Program-made: the position numbers and the translations under genes
The notes under the pieces: model-generated
Databases searched by the model: none
What the model saw: the letters and a program-made list of their open reading frames with translations, nothing else
Told to the model about the DNA's origin: nothing
In this document: piece by piece, positions 10,060 to 19,375 of the stretch
Position numbering within the stretch: position 1 is the stretch's first letter
How the letters are laid out: each line of letters begins with the position of its first letter
Source: a virus
Lineage: Duplodnaviria; Heunggongvirae; Uroviricota; Caudoviricetes
IMG/VR virus record: IMGVR_UViG_3300037400_006466
Coordinates: 32,001-96,000 of that record
DNA: 64,000 nucleotides
Strand: one strand, 5' to 3'

Positions 10060-10239
10060 TTAATTCTTTTCATATTTGGCATATATGTCTCTGATGATAT
10101 CATAGGCCTTTGCTCTTGGGATTCTTTTCCACCAGTGCTTTTTCTTTTGTTCTGTATATGCCCTGCAGGTATAATCCATATTGACACCTAATGATATCAT
10201 TGATTCTATCCATATCTTGAACTCTTTCATTTCATTCAT
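10060..10239 (-). CDS. Small early hypothetical protein (59 aa)
   Basis: MNEMKEFKIWIESMISLG...AKYEKN*, AAGGA RBS, directly after a sigma70-type promoter. Confidence 0.6.
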   Translation of the reverse strand: MNEMKEFKIWIESMISLGVNMDYTCRAYTEQKKKHWWKRIPRAKAYDIIRDIYAKYEKN

Positions 10240-10245
10240 GGATGT

Positions 10246-10291
10246 TCCTTCTTTACATTATTATGATAAGACATTTTGAACTTTTTGTCAA
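10246..10291 (-). promoter_or_regulatory. Early sigma70-type promoter
   Basis: TTGACA-N17-TATCAT followed by ATGTAAAGAAGGA. Confidence 0.75.
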
Positions 10292-10300
10292 TACCCAAGA

Positions 10301-10645
10301 TTACCTATTGTAAATACTTCCGATTTCAGAATCATAGTATTTCTCTATGTTGACAGGAACTTCCTTGACTTTAACTTTTCCCTTTATTTCTTTCTGTACT
10401 ACAAGAGTATATTTGGTAGGTATCCATCTTGTACGGACACTTGACCTCTTGCTTTCTGAATCATAATAGGAGTATGTCTCATAGTGTCCTTCTACCAGAT
10501 ATTTATCTATGATAAGACCACCATCCATCTTGGTCTGAATCATATAAGTAAAGAGAAGGGATATTCCAAGACAGATGAGTACAACTACTGCTACTCCGAT
10601 AACATAGAACAGTAAATCCCACCAAGAATCTGTCTTATAACTCAT
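10301..10645 (-). CDS. Membrane-anchored hypothetical protein
   Basis: N-terminal hydrophobic helix LLFYVIGVAVVVLICLGISLLFTY. Confidence 0.7.
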   Translation of the reverse strand: MSYKTDSWWDLLFYVIGVAVVVLICLGISLLFTYMIQTKMDGGLIIDKYLVEGHYETYSYYDSESKRSSVRTRWIPTKYTLVVQKEIKGKVKVKEVPVNIEKYYDSEIGSIYNR

Positions 10646-10646
10646 G

Positions 10647-10814
10647 TCAAATTCCCTCAGCCTCTCTGTTTCTCTCAGCCCAGAACTCTTTCATCCACCT
10701 CTTGAGTGTTGCGACTGAAATGTGATATGCATCAGCGATTTCATAATCGAAACTCATTGGTGAGTAAAGTCTTGTCTTGATAACCTGTTCCTTGAACTCT
10801 TTTCTGTATTTCAT
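10647..10814 (-). CDS. Small helix-turn-helix protein
   Basis: Start moved to MKYRKEFKEQVIK after the AAGGAG RBS; EIADAYHISVATLKRW HTH. Confidence 0.65.
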   Translation of the reverse strand: MKYRKEFKEQVIKTRLYSPMSFDYEIADAYHISVATLKRWMKEFWAERNREAEGI

Positions 10815-10823
10815 AGGTCTCTT

Positions 10824-10867
10824 TCTCCTTACATATATAAGATACCATAATAACAATTTTTTGTCAA
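10824..10867 (-). promoter_or_regulatory. Early sigma70-type promoter
   Basis: TTGACA-N17-TATCTT (extended TG), then ATGTAAGGAG. Confidence 0.75.
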
Positions 10868-10893
10868 TACCTATAAAAAAGATTTTATGGGCT

Positions 10894-10901
10894 TTATATT
10901 A
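10894..10901 (+). promoter_or_regulatory. Putative middle-promoter motif TTATATTA
   Basis: The same octamer lies upstream of primase (5306), exonuclease (4652-4659, minus), the HU-like gene (22885), MTases (46507, 47344, 49742, minus), metK (50667), ssb (57267) and clamp loader (62306). Confidence 0.6.
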
Positions 10902-10909
10902 AAGGTGTT

Positions 10910-12124
10910 ATGAAACATTTTAAGTTGAACAATTACAATCTTGCTCTGTTGCAGGAGAAGAGCAAGCTCTACACTTACCTGAATGGAAAATTGGATAAGG
11001 TTATTTGTAAGCTTTCAGGCAATGACTTCATTATTGCTCTTACAGGTGGAGATGGTGTTGTCCTTACCAATTTGGAAATTGAATACGAGAACGGTTCATC
11101 CGCAGAGGCAGAGCCTCTTTACTTCTCAATAGATTATCAGAAGTGGGTCACAGCCCTTCTCAAGTTCAGCGGAACTGATGCCCTCCATATCTCACTGGGT
11201 GATTCAATCATGAGACTGAAGATGGAGGAGAGCAAGGACGTCATAAGTCTCAGTCTCATCTATTATGAGGAAGGCTCACAGCAGTCCAACATGATAACCA
11301 GATTCATTTCTGAGAGAAGGGATGAGATAAAGGATTTCAACCATAAGATTACCCTCACACCTGAGCTTCTGTCAGACTTCGATTTGATGAACAACCTTTT
11401 CTCCACACAGGGAAGAGTCAATGCAATAGGTGTGTCATCAAAGGATGTTCTCTATTCTGACAGGTCAACAGTAGTCAAGGTTAATCTTGAGGAGCATCTC
11501 CCTGATACTCTGTTTGATTCCCTTTCTGAGGATGAGACTTACATTCATCTTCATTCCTATATTCTGAAGCTCCTTGACATTCTGTCAGAGTTCAATCAGG
11601 ATGTATGGTTTGACAGTGACTATGAGGTTCTTTACTGGACTGATAATCATACTGAGATTGTCATTGCTTCAGAGGCCAGAACACTCGCACTTCCCACACC
11701 TGAGCAGTTTGAGGGAATCAAGCCTGTGGACAGGAACTCTTACTTTGATGTGAATCTGGACCTTCTCAGAACAAGTCTGTCATTCTTCCTTGGATTCTAT
11801 GAGGGAGAGGCCTGGAAGCCTGTCACCTTCATTCTGAACAAGGATGAGGATATTGTTCTCAGATATTCAAGACCCTCAGCAGACATCACCAAGACCCTTA
11901 CTGGGGTAAGAAGTCCTTACAGTTATAAGTTCTCTGTGGATTCTGAGACTCTGAGGAAGATTCTCCAGAAAGTCAGGGACAGATTCCCAGGTGATGATGT
12001 CTTTGTCAGATTCAACAGTGACAATGATGGAACACCTCCAAGTGATGAGGCTCCTGGAGTCTATTGCACAGTGGGTGACGTCTATGAGTTCGTCGTCTCT
12101 AAGCTCACAGATATGGATGATTAA
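10910..12124 (+). CDS. Putative DNA polymerase sliding clamp (beta-clamp-like)
   Basis: 404 aa, acidic, three repeated beta-alpha-beta units, C-terminal 'GVYCTVGDVYEFVVSKL'; a DnaX-like loader is present in the window. Confidence 0.5.
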   Translation: MKHFKLNNYNLALLQEKSKLYTYLNGKLDKVICKLSGNDFIIALTGGDGVVLTNLEIEYENGSSAEAEPLYFSIDYQKWVTALLKFSGTDALHISLGDSIMRLKMEESKDVISLSLIYYEEGSQQSNMITRFISERRDEIKDFNHKITLTPELLSDFDLMNNLFSTQGRVNAIGVSSKDVLYSDRSTVVKVNLEEHLPDTLFDSLSEDETYIHLHSYILKLLDILSEFNQDVWFDSDYEVLYWTDNHTEIVIASEARTLALPTPEQFEGIKPVDRNSYFDVNLDLLRTSLSFFLGFYEGEAWKPVTFILNKDEDIVLRYSRPSADITKTLTGVRSPYSYKFSVDSETLRKILQKVRDRFPGDDVFVRFNSDNDGTPPSDEAPGVYCTVGDVYEFVVSKLTDMDD

Positions 12125-12847
12125 ATGGCAGAGACTGTGAAAAAGAAGCCTGAGTCAGATGTCCCTGAGACTGAAAGGAATCTGAGGACTCTGCAGGCGG
12201 CTTTTCTGGCTGACAGGAACAATCAGCAGGTTTTCAATGACTATTTTCTTCTGCTGAGAAAATATGCAAGGTCATTGACTCTTAAGAAAATCAAGAGAAA
12301 GAACCTGTTCCTTCCTCCTGAGAGAGTGGATGAGATATGCACTGATGCCACATTGGCCTTGATTGATCAATACAAGAAGCCCAAATGGAGTGTTGATGCA
12401 TCCTTTGCGGGTGTGTTGCAGTTCAAGATAATAGAGGCCATGTGGAAATCAGCTGCAGATGATATGAACTCATCGCTGAATCAGACTTTCTCAGATGACA
12501 AGGACAGTAAAGAGATACTTGACCTTGTTGGGTCGGGTTCAGCCTTACCTTGGGATATGTCCCAATATGGGAAGGAGAGGACCAGCGATGACCCGTCTGA
12601 CACCATAATGGAGGAGGTGAATGTCTCCTTTGATGAGGTCAGAAGTCTGATTGAGGAATGCTATGTGGACTTACCTTACAGGCTTTACCTGAGGTTTGTC
12701 CCATGGCTTGTCCTTCAGTTCAGAAAGCCTAAGACAAAGAACATACAGGCATTGTTCAACAGATTATTTCTTACAAATAAAGAAGAGAATGCCTTTGATA
12801 TGCTTCTCCTGGAGATACACAACCGTATATCTCAGCATGTCATATGA
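12125..12847 (+). CDS. Second sigma-like transcription factor (putative late sigma)
   Basis: 'FNDYFLLLRKYARSL...DEICTDATLALIDQY...SFAGVL' resembles sigma region 2; no clear region 4, as in T4 gp55. Confidence 0.5.
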   Translation: MAETVKKKPESDVPETERNLRTLQAAFLADRNNQQVFNDYFLLLRKYARSLTLKKIKRKNLFLPPERVDEICTDATLALIDQYKKPKWSVDASFAGVLQFKIIEAMWKSAADDMNSSLNQTFSDDKDSKEILDLVGSGSALPWDMSQYGKERTSDDPSDTIMEEVNVSFDEVRSLIEECYVDLPYRLYLRFVPWLVLQFRKPKTKNIQALFNRLFLTNKEENAFDMLLLEIHNRISQHVI

Positions 12848-12852
12848 AACTC

Positions 12853-12880
12853 ACCCATCCTTTTGGATGGGTTTTTTATT
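12853..12880 (+). terminator. Rho-independent terminator
   Basis: ACCCATCC-TTTT-GGATGGGT hairpin plus T-tract. Confidence 0.8.
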
Positions 12881-12943
12881 GGATTCCCAATAGGATTGTA
12901 TGATGAACTAATTAAGTCATAACAATTTCCGGGAATTTTTTTT

Positions 12944-15900
12944 ATGAGAAAAGCCACAGACAAAGAGATAAATGACTTCATAAAGTATCGTTCCAATCAT
13001 GTTGCCCTTGTCCAGAGAATAGGAAGGGTAGTGTTTGACGAGAACTTTTCAGACCATGACCATGACAAGATAGAAGCAGATGGTGAGACCCTTAATCTAT
13101 ATGCATTGAGAAATGCAATGATTAATGGGACCTATCAGGCTCATGGTGAAGATAGAAAGGCTCTGTCAAAGTTGGCTGGAGAGCACGTCTGCTCACAGCC
13201 CCACCATCCTGAGTACTGGTGTACGGAAATCACTCCCAATAACTTTGATGATTCCAATCCTCCTCAGTGCAGGCCTTCAAGAATGACAGACAGAAGAATT
13301 CTTGAGATGATATCTGACTGGAGTGCTGTTGCCCTCAAGAGGAACCAACCTCTTTTCAAGTGGTATAATGACAATTGTGTAGGACCTGATGCCAGATTCC
13401 TTTTTACAGACCACCAAAGGAAAATCATAGAAGAAGGAATACAGAAAATCATAGATTCCATAGAGAAGGAACATCTTGAATATCCAGGTGTCAAATACAC
13501 AGCAAAGCAGGTAGAACCCAAGACAGAGGAAAAGCTTACAGAAGATGATTGTGGTGGTGTCTGTGGAGTAGGTATGTCTGCTGGATTCCAGGCAATGGCA
13601 CCAGAACATACAGCCAAGATTGAAGATAAAAGTGGACTCATTGACCCAAGTGGTAAATTGAAATTCAAAGAGGAAAACATTACTGGAAATGTCCTCAAGC
13701 ATATGATACACTCAGAGGACCTCATTCTTGCAGGAAGGGGAGGAAGCATGCTCCTTCTCAGGACTTTCAGAGACATCTTCAACGCTTTGAAGGGAAACAC
13801 TCCTAAGTCAAGGATAACACAAAAGATAGATGGTGCTCCTGCTGTAATCGCAGCCACAGATTTCCACGGAAAGAAGTTCGTGGCTCTCAAGCACTCGTGG
13901 GATAAGGGTAAGATATTCCAGTCCATAGAGGAAGTCAGAGGAGCCTTCGGTGACAGACCTGACCTCTGTGCCAAGATGGAATATCTGTTCAACAGCCTCG
14001 ATGCCATAAATATTCCAAAGGATGAGATATGGCATGGTGACTTCCTTTACCATAAGGATGACTTGAGGACTGAGGTGATTGAGGGTAAGAGATACATAAT
14101 ATTCAGACCTAACACAATAGTCTATGCCATTCCTGTCAATGACCCCCTGGCTGAGACCATACTGAAGTCAGTCATAGGTGTCGCATGGCACACAAAGTAT
14201 ACAGGTGAGTCCTTTGATGACATACATATCTCATTTGATGTATCTGTGTCATCAGTCAATGAGATACCTGAGGTGTATCAGATGGATGCAAGGATTCCTA
14301 GTCTTGTAGGCAGGGTGACCATGACCTCTGAGGAGACAGATAAAGCAGAATCTGACATGGGAGCCCTTGAGCTCATGGTCAACGGAATAACAGTTGATGA
14401 TGATTATGAGAATCTTGTGTCTGATGAGGAGCTTGTCCTGATGCTGAACACATACAGGAACTTCATAATAAAGGATTTCAATAACCAGTTCCCAGACATA
14501 GAGGGATTCAGGGCATGGGTTGATGACAGATATGAGAAGGAGAAGGATAAGAAGAAGACTGACAAGGGCAAGGCCTCAGTTGAATCAAGGAAACAGAGTA
14601 TCCTCTCCACAATAGACAGATACAGTGACCTGATAAAGAGAATATATGATGCTCAGAGATACGCCACAGAGCTCAAGGAGATATTCATAGGAAAGCTCAA
14701 TTCCTTGTCAGGAATGAGGTCATTCGTCAGCCATATCTCACAGGGATATATCTCCACAAGCGGTGAGGGATTTGCCGTATCTGATGTTGACGGAAACGTC
14801 TATAAGCTTGTGTCAAGACTTGAATTCTCAAGGAACAACTTCTCCAAGGAGATAATAAAGGGCTGGCAATCAGAGAAAAGGATGAATGAGAGAATGATGA
14901 CAGTAAAGTCAGCCTTGAAGGCCTTCAAGGAAGGTATGGAGCTTACTGACGATAAGAACGATAATATCACTGTTGATGATACAGACTCAAAGAATGACCC
15001 TGCTTTTACAAAGGAAATCAAGGATATCCCTAATTCAAAGGTGAATTTGGATGATGCCCAGGATACGTTTGTGGATAAGGTCAATGATGAGGTGGGTGCT
15101 GAGTTCAAGAAGTATAAGAAGGACTCCAACACTGAAATTGAGGGGCTGACAAAGAAAGGAAGAACAGATAACGAGTTCAATGCAAGGATAATGCCCAAGG
15201 AAAAGGGAGTGACAAGAGATGACCTTAAGAAGGATGTCCTGAATCTTGATTCTTCTTCAGATGTAGATGTAACTGACACAGGACTGGATGGAACTACTCC
15301 AATAGCAGATATTGAATTGGATGGTCCAGATGGACAGCCTTTCTATGTTCATGTGGAGTTCAAAGACAACAGATTCCGTGGGATGACCGCTGAGCAAACA
15401 AAAGGAATGGAGGAGCTCTGGGGAAGTTGTATCTGTCAGGGATTCTGGGATGTAAACAAGAGCAATACAGAGCATACCACGTTCAGAGAACTTGTGACAG
15501 ATGAAGTCCTTGACATGATAGGACTCAATCATGACTGGAAAGGGACTCTGCTAGGTGGAACACAGAAAATAGTCTCAGAGTTCAGCAATAACGGAAATAA
15601 TCTCTACTATGTGTTCAGAGAGGGCACCTGTTTTTCTCCTCCTGGATATCCTGACCATTCAGGGTCTGAATCCATACACAATATAATAGACAGCATTGTC
15701 AAGGATGACAGAGTGTTCGGTAAAAATACACAGAAAGATACATGGAATCCTTCTGACCTTTATTTGTGTGAAGTAGGCTCCTATCAGAAGTTCGTTGACA
15801 GATGGAATGAGATGAAGAACAAGTCATTCACCAATGAGGGAGCCTATCTGAGTGCGAACAGGTCATGTGTCAATGCTCTTTTAAGAGAGTTCCTTTCTGA

Positions 15901-16615
15901 CAGAGAGGTAATAGGAATATCCTTGAAGAAGCTCGATGATGTGAGAAATGCTCATTTCACATGGTATAATGCTGACGGTAAATGGGATAAGAAGTCATTT
16001 GAGATAATAGGAAACATCATCAGGATACAAAGACTGGGGTTGTTCTCTGAAAAGGAAAAGTCATTAGGTGGAATTACCTTTGATGTGAAGGAAAAGGGCG
16101 TTGAGAACGGTGAATACATAAATTATTCATTCAGAAGATTCTCAGGCAAAGATACAACCGTTTATTTGGAGTTAGAGCCTAAGAGGAGTAATGCCCGTTT
16201 AGGTAAGACCCCCATAGTTCTTGTGAGGGATGAGTTCAAGGATGAGGTAGGAAAGGACTTTCCTATTGATAATGCCCGTGAGATATCCAATTGTGTTGAT
16301 AACATCAGGAATTTGAGGCCTCTTGTAGAGCAGACACTAAGGTTGCTTGGACAGAAGGGAATCAGAGTGGTCACATCAGATGGCATTGATTTGAGTCTGA
16401 GAACTTGGGATGACTTTGTAAAGAGACTTGAGGTTTTGAATACATTAGGTGAGGATGGAATCAGTTATGGAGACAGACACAGACTCCTTGACTGGCCTAA
16501 GCTCATATCCTTCCTTAGAGCTTTGGCTGGAAATACAGAGGATGTTCTGTATAAATGGTATAGCGGAGCATCTAAGTCGGGTGAGTTCTTTGCCCCATAT
16601 GTGAAGATTTCATAA
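12944..16615 (+). CDS. Multidomain protein: HD-like phosphohydrolase + ATP-dependent ligase-like nucleotidyltransferase + nuclease-like C-terminus
   Basis: N-terminus H...HDHDK...HHPEYW...EMISDW; middle KIDG (motif I), HGDFLY, GEGFAV, YKLV (ligase motifs III-V); C-terminus WNPSDLY...IGISLKK. Confidence 0.6.
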   Translation: MRKATDKEINDFIKYRSNHVALVQRIGRVVFDENFSDHDHDKIEADGETLNLYALRNAMINGTYQAHGEDRKALSKLAGEHVCSQPHHPEYWCTEITPNNFDDSNPPQCRPSRMTDRRILEMISDWSAVALKRNQPLFKWYNDNCVGPDARFLFTDHQRKIIEEGIQKIIDSIEKEHLEYPGVKYTAKQVEPKTEEKLTEDDCGGVCGVGMSAGFQAMAPEHTAKIEDKSGLIDPSGKLKFKEENITGNVLKHMIHSEDLILAGRGGSMLLLRTFRDIFNALKGNTPKSRITQKIDGAPAVIAATDFHGKKFVALKHSWDKGKIFQSIEEVRGAFGDRPDLCAKMEYLFNSLDAINIPKDEIWHGDFLYHKDDLRTEVIEGKRYIIFRPNTIVYAIPVNDPLAETILKSVIGVAWHTKYTGESFDDIHISFDVSVSSVNEIPEVYQMDARIPSLVGRVTMTSEETDKAESDMGALELMVNGITVDDDYENLVSDEELVLMLNTYRNFIIKDFNNQFPDIEGFRAWVDDRYEKEKDKKKTDKGKASVESRKQSILSTIDRYSDLIKRIYDAQRYATELKEIFIGKLNSLSGMRSFVSHISQGYISTSGEGFAVSDVDGNVYKLVSRLEFSRNNFSKEIIKGWQSEKRMNERMMTVKSALKAFKEGMELTDDKNDNITVDDTDSKNDPAFTKEIKDIPNSKVNLDDAQDTFVDKVNDEVGAEFKKYKKDSNTEIEGLTKKGRTDNEFNARIMPKEKGVTRDDLKKDVLNLDSSSDVDVTDTGLDGTTPIADIELDGPDGQPFYVHVEFKDNRFRGMTAEQTKGMEELWGSCICQGFWDVNKSNTEHTTFRELVTDEVLDMIGLNHDWKGTLLGGTQKIVSEFSNNGNNLYYVFREGTCFSPPGYPDHSGSESIHNIIDSIVKDDRVFGKNTQKDTWNPSDLYLCEVGSYQKFVDRWNEMKNKSFTNEGAYLSANRSCVNALLREFLSDREVIGISLKKLDDVRNAHFTWYNADGKWDKKSFEIIGNIIRIQRLGLFSEKEKSLGGITFDVKEKGVENGEYINYSFRRFSGKDTTVYLELEPKRSNARLGKTPIVLVRDEFKDEVGKDFPIDNAREISNCVDNIRNLRPLVEQTLRLLGQKGIRVVTSDGIDLSLRTWDDFVKRLEVLNTLGEDGISYGDRHRLLDWPKLISFLRALAGNTEDVLYKWYSGASKSGEFFAPYVKIS

Positions 16616-16624
16616 GGAGATATT

Positions 16625-17200
16625 ATGTCAGATTCAAGAACAGCAGCACTTTGTTTCGGGAGATACAATCCTCCCACATACGGACACCTTCTCCTCTGGA
16701 CAAAGTTGAGTGAAGCTCCTGCAGATGATAAGTTCATCTATGCTTCCCACTCACAGGACAAGAAGAAGAATCCACTGTCATATGCCACAAAGTATGCTCT
16801 GATAAAGTATATCATAAAGAGCAAAGGACTGGATGCAGAGTTCGTCAAGTCTGATGCAAGGACCATAATGGAGGCTGTCCTTGACCTTTACAGAAAAGGA
16901 TATACTGATATCCTCATCGTGGCAGGCTCAGACAGGATAGATGACCTCAAGGGGCTTGTATCAAGATACAACGGTGTCCCATTGAATAAGAACGGAGATA
17001 TGTATCAGTTCGATTCCATAAAGGGTATCAACGCGGGTGATAGAGACCCTGATGCTGATGATATCACAGGTATGTCTGCCTCTAAGGTCAGGAAATTCGC
17101 CCTTGACGGAGATTTTGAGGATTTCCATAGGAGCATCCCCATTGAGGATGAGATGATTGCCCAGTCCATCTATGATGAGATAAGGGAAGTAATGCTTTAA
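16625..17200 (+). CDS. HIGH-family nucleotidyltransferase (cytidylyltransferase/NMNAT-like)
   Basis: FGRYNPPTYGH, KNPL, VAGSDR, AGDRDPDA, GMSASKVR. Confidence 0.85.
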   Translation: MSDSRTAALCFGRYNPPTYGHLLLWTKLSEAPADDKFIYASHSQDKKKNPLSYATKYALIKYIIKSKGLDAEFVKSDARTIMEAVLDLYRKGYTDILIVAGSDRIDDLKGLVSRYNGVPLNKNGDMYQFDSIKGINAGDRDPDADDITGMSASKVRKFALDGDFEDFHRSIPIEDEMIAQSIYDEIREVML

Positions 17201-17296
17201 TCACTTTTTTGTAACCTTATGAATACTCGTTTGTTATAATTATTGAAAGGGATCTCAGTAGTCCTTTTGATTCATGATTTTAAGGAGAATAATTCT

Positions 17297-17860
17297 ATGA
17301 AAAAGATTCTTATCGCACTTCTATGCATATTCTGTGTTCTTCCTGTCTTTGCACTCTCCACAGAGGTTAACCTCGGTCTTGTAGGTCAGCAGAACAATAC
17401 CCTCGAATCAACTCTTGACCTTGAGTCAGAGCAGATTAAGGTGGATTTCAACCAGTTCAACTTCGGTGCTGTGGCAGATGCTAAGGTAGCTATAGCAGAT
17501 GTCAATATGACTGCCTTCTGTACAAAGGTGGATGAAATCAATGTCCTTAATGGTGTTCTTTCTGGAAATGTTGTCCTTGATATTGTCTTTGTTAGAGTAG
17601 GTCTTGGTCTCGGTGTCAATTACCTCTTTGATGCAGAGAACGGATTCAGATTCGTTGGTGGAGATTTCCTCAATGCCAATCTTTCACTTAGGGCAGAAGT
17701 GGATGTGGTTCTCGGTGACCTCAAAGTTGGTCTTTATGGAACAGTTCCTACACTCTATACACTCAGCAACATAACTTCTTTCAAGTACAGTGATGTGGAT
17801 CTGGAGAATTTCTGGAAGGCAGCAGTTGTAGGAATCTCAGTCAAGTCCAATCTTCTGTAA
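17297..17860 (+). CDS. Secreted beta-barrel/outer-membrane-like protein
   Basis: Start moved to the ATG after AAGGAG. Signal peptide MKKILIALLCIFCVLPVFA followed by alternating-hydrophobic beta strands. Confidence 0.6.
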   Translation: MKKILIALLCIFCVLPVFALSTEVNLGLVGQQNNTLESTLDLESEQIKVDFNQFNFGAVADAKVAIADVNMTAFCTKVDEINVLNGVLSGNVVLDIVFVRVGLGLGVNYLFDAENGFRFVGGDFLNANLSLRAEVDVVLGDLKVGLYGTVPTLYTLSNITSFKYSDVDLENFWKAAVVGISVKSNLL

Positions 17861-17884
17861 TCTGTAAAAGATTTTTACAAGAAG

Positions 17885-17908
17885 CCCCTCTAATCAGAGG
17901 GGTTTTTT
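17885..17908 (+). terminator. Terminator, copy 1 of a near-identical direct repeat
   Basis: CCCCTCT-AATC-AGAGGGG-TTTTTT. Confidence 0.8.
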
Positions 17909-17946
17909 ATTTATACTAATTTCTTATATTTAAAAGGGAACTATAT

Positions 17947-18378
17947 ATGAAAAAAGCCTGGAAAGAAGAAAATATGATTCTTAGAGAAAAGTCAGAAGAA
18001 TTTGAACTGGTAAGTACAGATGAAGATTGGGATGCCAATAAGTATCCAGTAAAATGGAGCACTAATCCATTATTTGAAGATTCTAATTTTGCATTATTTG
18101 AAGGAAGTAATGGAAATATTTATTACAAAGTTATTACTAAACCAGGTACAGCTGCTTTTAAATATGGAGTTCAGATACTTCTTCCAAATAGTACAAAAAA
18201 TAACAGTAATAGAATATCTGATATTCGTATTGCATGGAAAGGATATGATGGGAAATCCGGAGTATCAGATGCATTTGAATTAAGGTCTTGTATTGGAAGT
18301 GCCTTAAAATTTGCAAAAAAAGTTAAGGGTCTTGTTAGACTTCCTGTATGCGGTATAAATAATTATGATATTTTATAA
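17947..18378 (+). CDS. Hypothetical late protein with MKKAWKEENMILRE leader (putative internal head protein)
   Basis: AT-rich ORF, ACTAATT at about 17916, leader shared with the 21202 and 29360 ORFs. Confidence 0.7.
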   Translation: MKKAWKEENMILREKSEEFELVSTDEDWDANKYPVKWSTNPLFEDSNFALFEGSNGNIYYKVITKPGTAAFKYGVQILLPNSTKNNSNRISDIRIAWKGYDGKSGVSDAFELRSCIGSALKFAKKVKGLVRLPVCGINNYDIL

Positions 18379-18403
18379 TTTTTGTAATATTCTTATTTAA
18401 TAT

Positions 18404-18426
18404 CCCCTTTAATCAGAGGGGTTTTT
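18404..18426. terminator. Terminator, copy 2 of the direct repeat
   Basis: CCCCTTT-AATC-AGAGGGG-TTTTT, one mismatch to 17885-17907. Confidence 0.75.
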
Positions 18427-19341
18427 CTTTATATATTTTTTTAATCTTCCTAATGAGTATCCTTCTGGTTGTATTGAACTTCTTAATTCTTCAATTCCAT
18501 TATTATACCACTTAAGATTCTTTTTTAACATAGATTCTCTTTGCTTCTCTTTGGATTCCTTTAACATCGGTAGTCTTCCTTTAATAAAGCCATTAGGTAT
18601 TGGATTTCCTACTTCAATAGGTTTTTCTTCTAAGCCATTATTATACCATTCCATAGTATGAGAATTATAGAATTTTTTATTAGCTTCTGATATTTTATTT
18701 CTTGTTTCATTATTTACTTCTTTTCCAAATCTGGGATTATTTTCTTTAGACATTTTCTCTGAAAATTTTTTAAGTCTCCCTGGAACATATCCTTCAGGAC
18801 ATTTAAAAGTATTGGTTTCTATAGTCCCATTATTATACCATTTTCTTTGAGAGTTTATTTTGCTAAGTTTATCCTTTGTTTCTTTGGAAAGTTTTTTTCC
18901 TTTTGAAGCTTCGGAAATTGCTTTTTTGTGAGATTCAGTAAAAGGCCTTCCCTTTAAGCATTTACTTGTATTCTCTCCTATTTTCTTAAATCCTTCTTCT
19001 CTTAATCTTCCAAAATTCTGTAGTTCTTCTAATGTTAATTTTTCTATATCACTTAATTTATTAAAATTTCTATCACAAAAGCATCCAAATATATGAATGT
19101 ATTTATCACCTTTATCTCTGGCCAATAAATAATGTAAAAGAGTATGCTCAAAAGCAGTACATCTGACACACCTATCATCTATTGTGGGGTCTTTTCTATC
19201 TTTTTGCTGTATAGATATGGGAATTATATGATGAGCTTCATATCCTTTGGCTCTTGCTTCTGATGATGAATTATATATTTTAAATTTTTTAATAAAATCC
19301 TCATAAGTTAAGGATTCAAGGTTTATATTATTTATGTCCAT
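18409..19341 (-). CDS. Free-standing HNH homing endonuclease with NUMOD3 and WYNNG repeats
   Basis: Start moved to MDINNINL (ACTAATT 5 nt upstream). YEAHHIIP...TAFEHTLLHYLL, SHKKAISE/ETRNKISE and three WYNNG...PxG(Y/F)xxGR repeats; AT-rich. Confidence 0.8.
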   Translation of the reverse strand: MDINNINLESLTYEDFIKKFKIYNSSSEARAKGYEAHHIIPISIQQKDRKDPTIDDRCVRCTAFEHTLLHYLLARDKGDKYIHIFGCFCDRNFNKLSDIEKLTLEELQNFGRLREEGFKKIGENTSKCLKGRPFTESHKKAISEASKGKKLSKETKDKLSKINSQRKWYNNGTIETNTFKCPEGYVPGRLKKFSEKMSKENNPRFGKEVNNETRNKISEANKKFYNSHTMEWYNNGLEEKPIEVGNPIPNGFIKGRLPMLKESKEKQRESMLKKNLKWYNNGIEELRSSIQPEGYSLGRLKKYIKKNPSD

Positions 19342-19375
19342 ATAATAATTAGTTAAAGTTATTAGTGGAAGGAGA

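Noticed and set aside
10647-10856. IS3-like transposase (KY..EFK..V HTH)
   Set aside because: Only a 55-aa HTH; there is no DDE integrase ORF and no terminal inverted repeats nearby.
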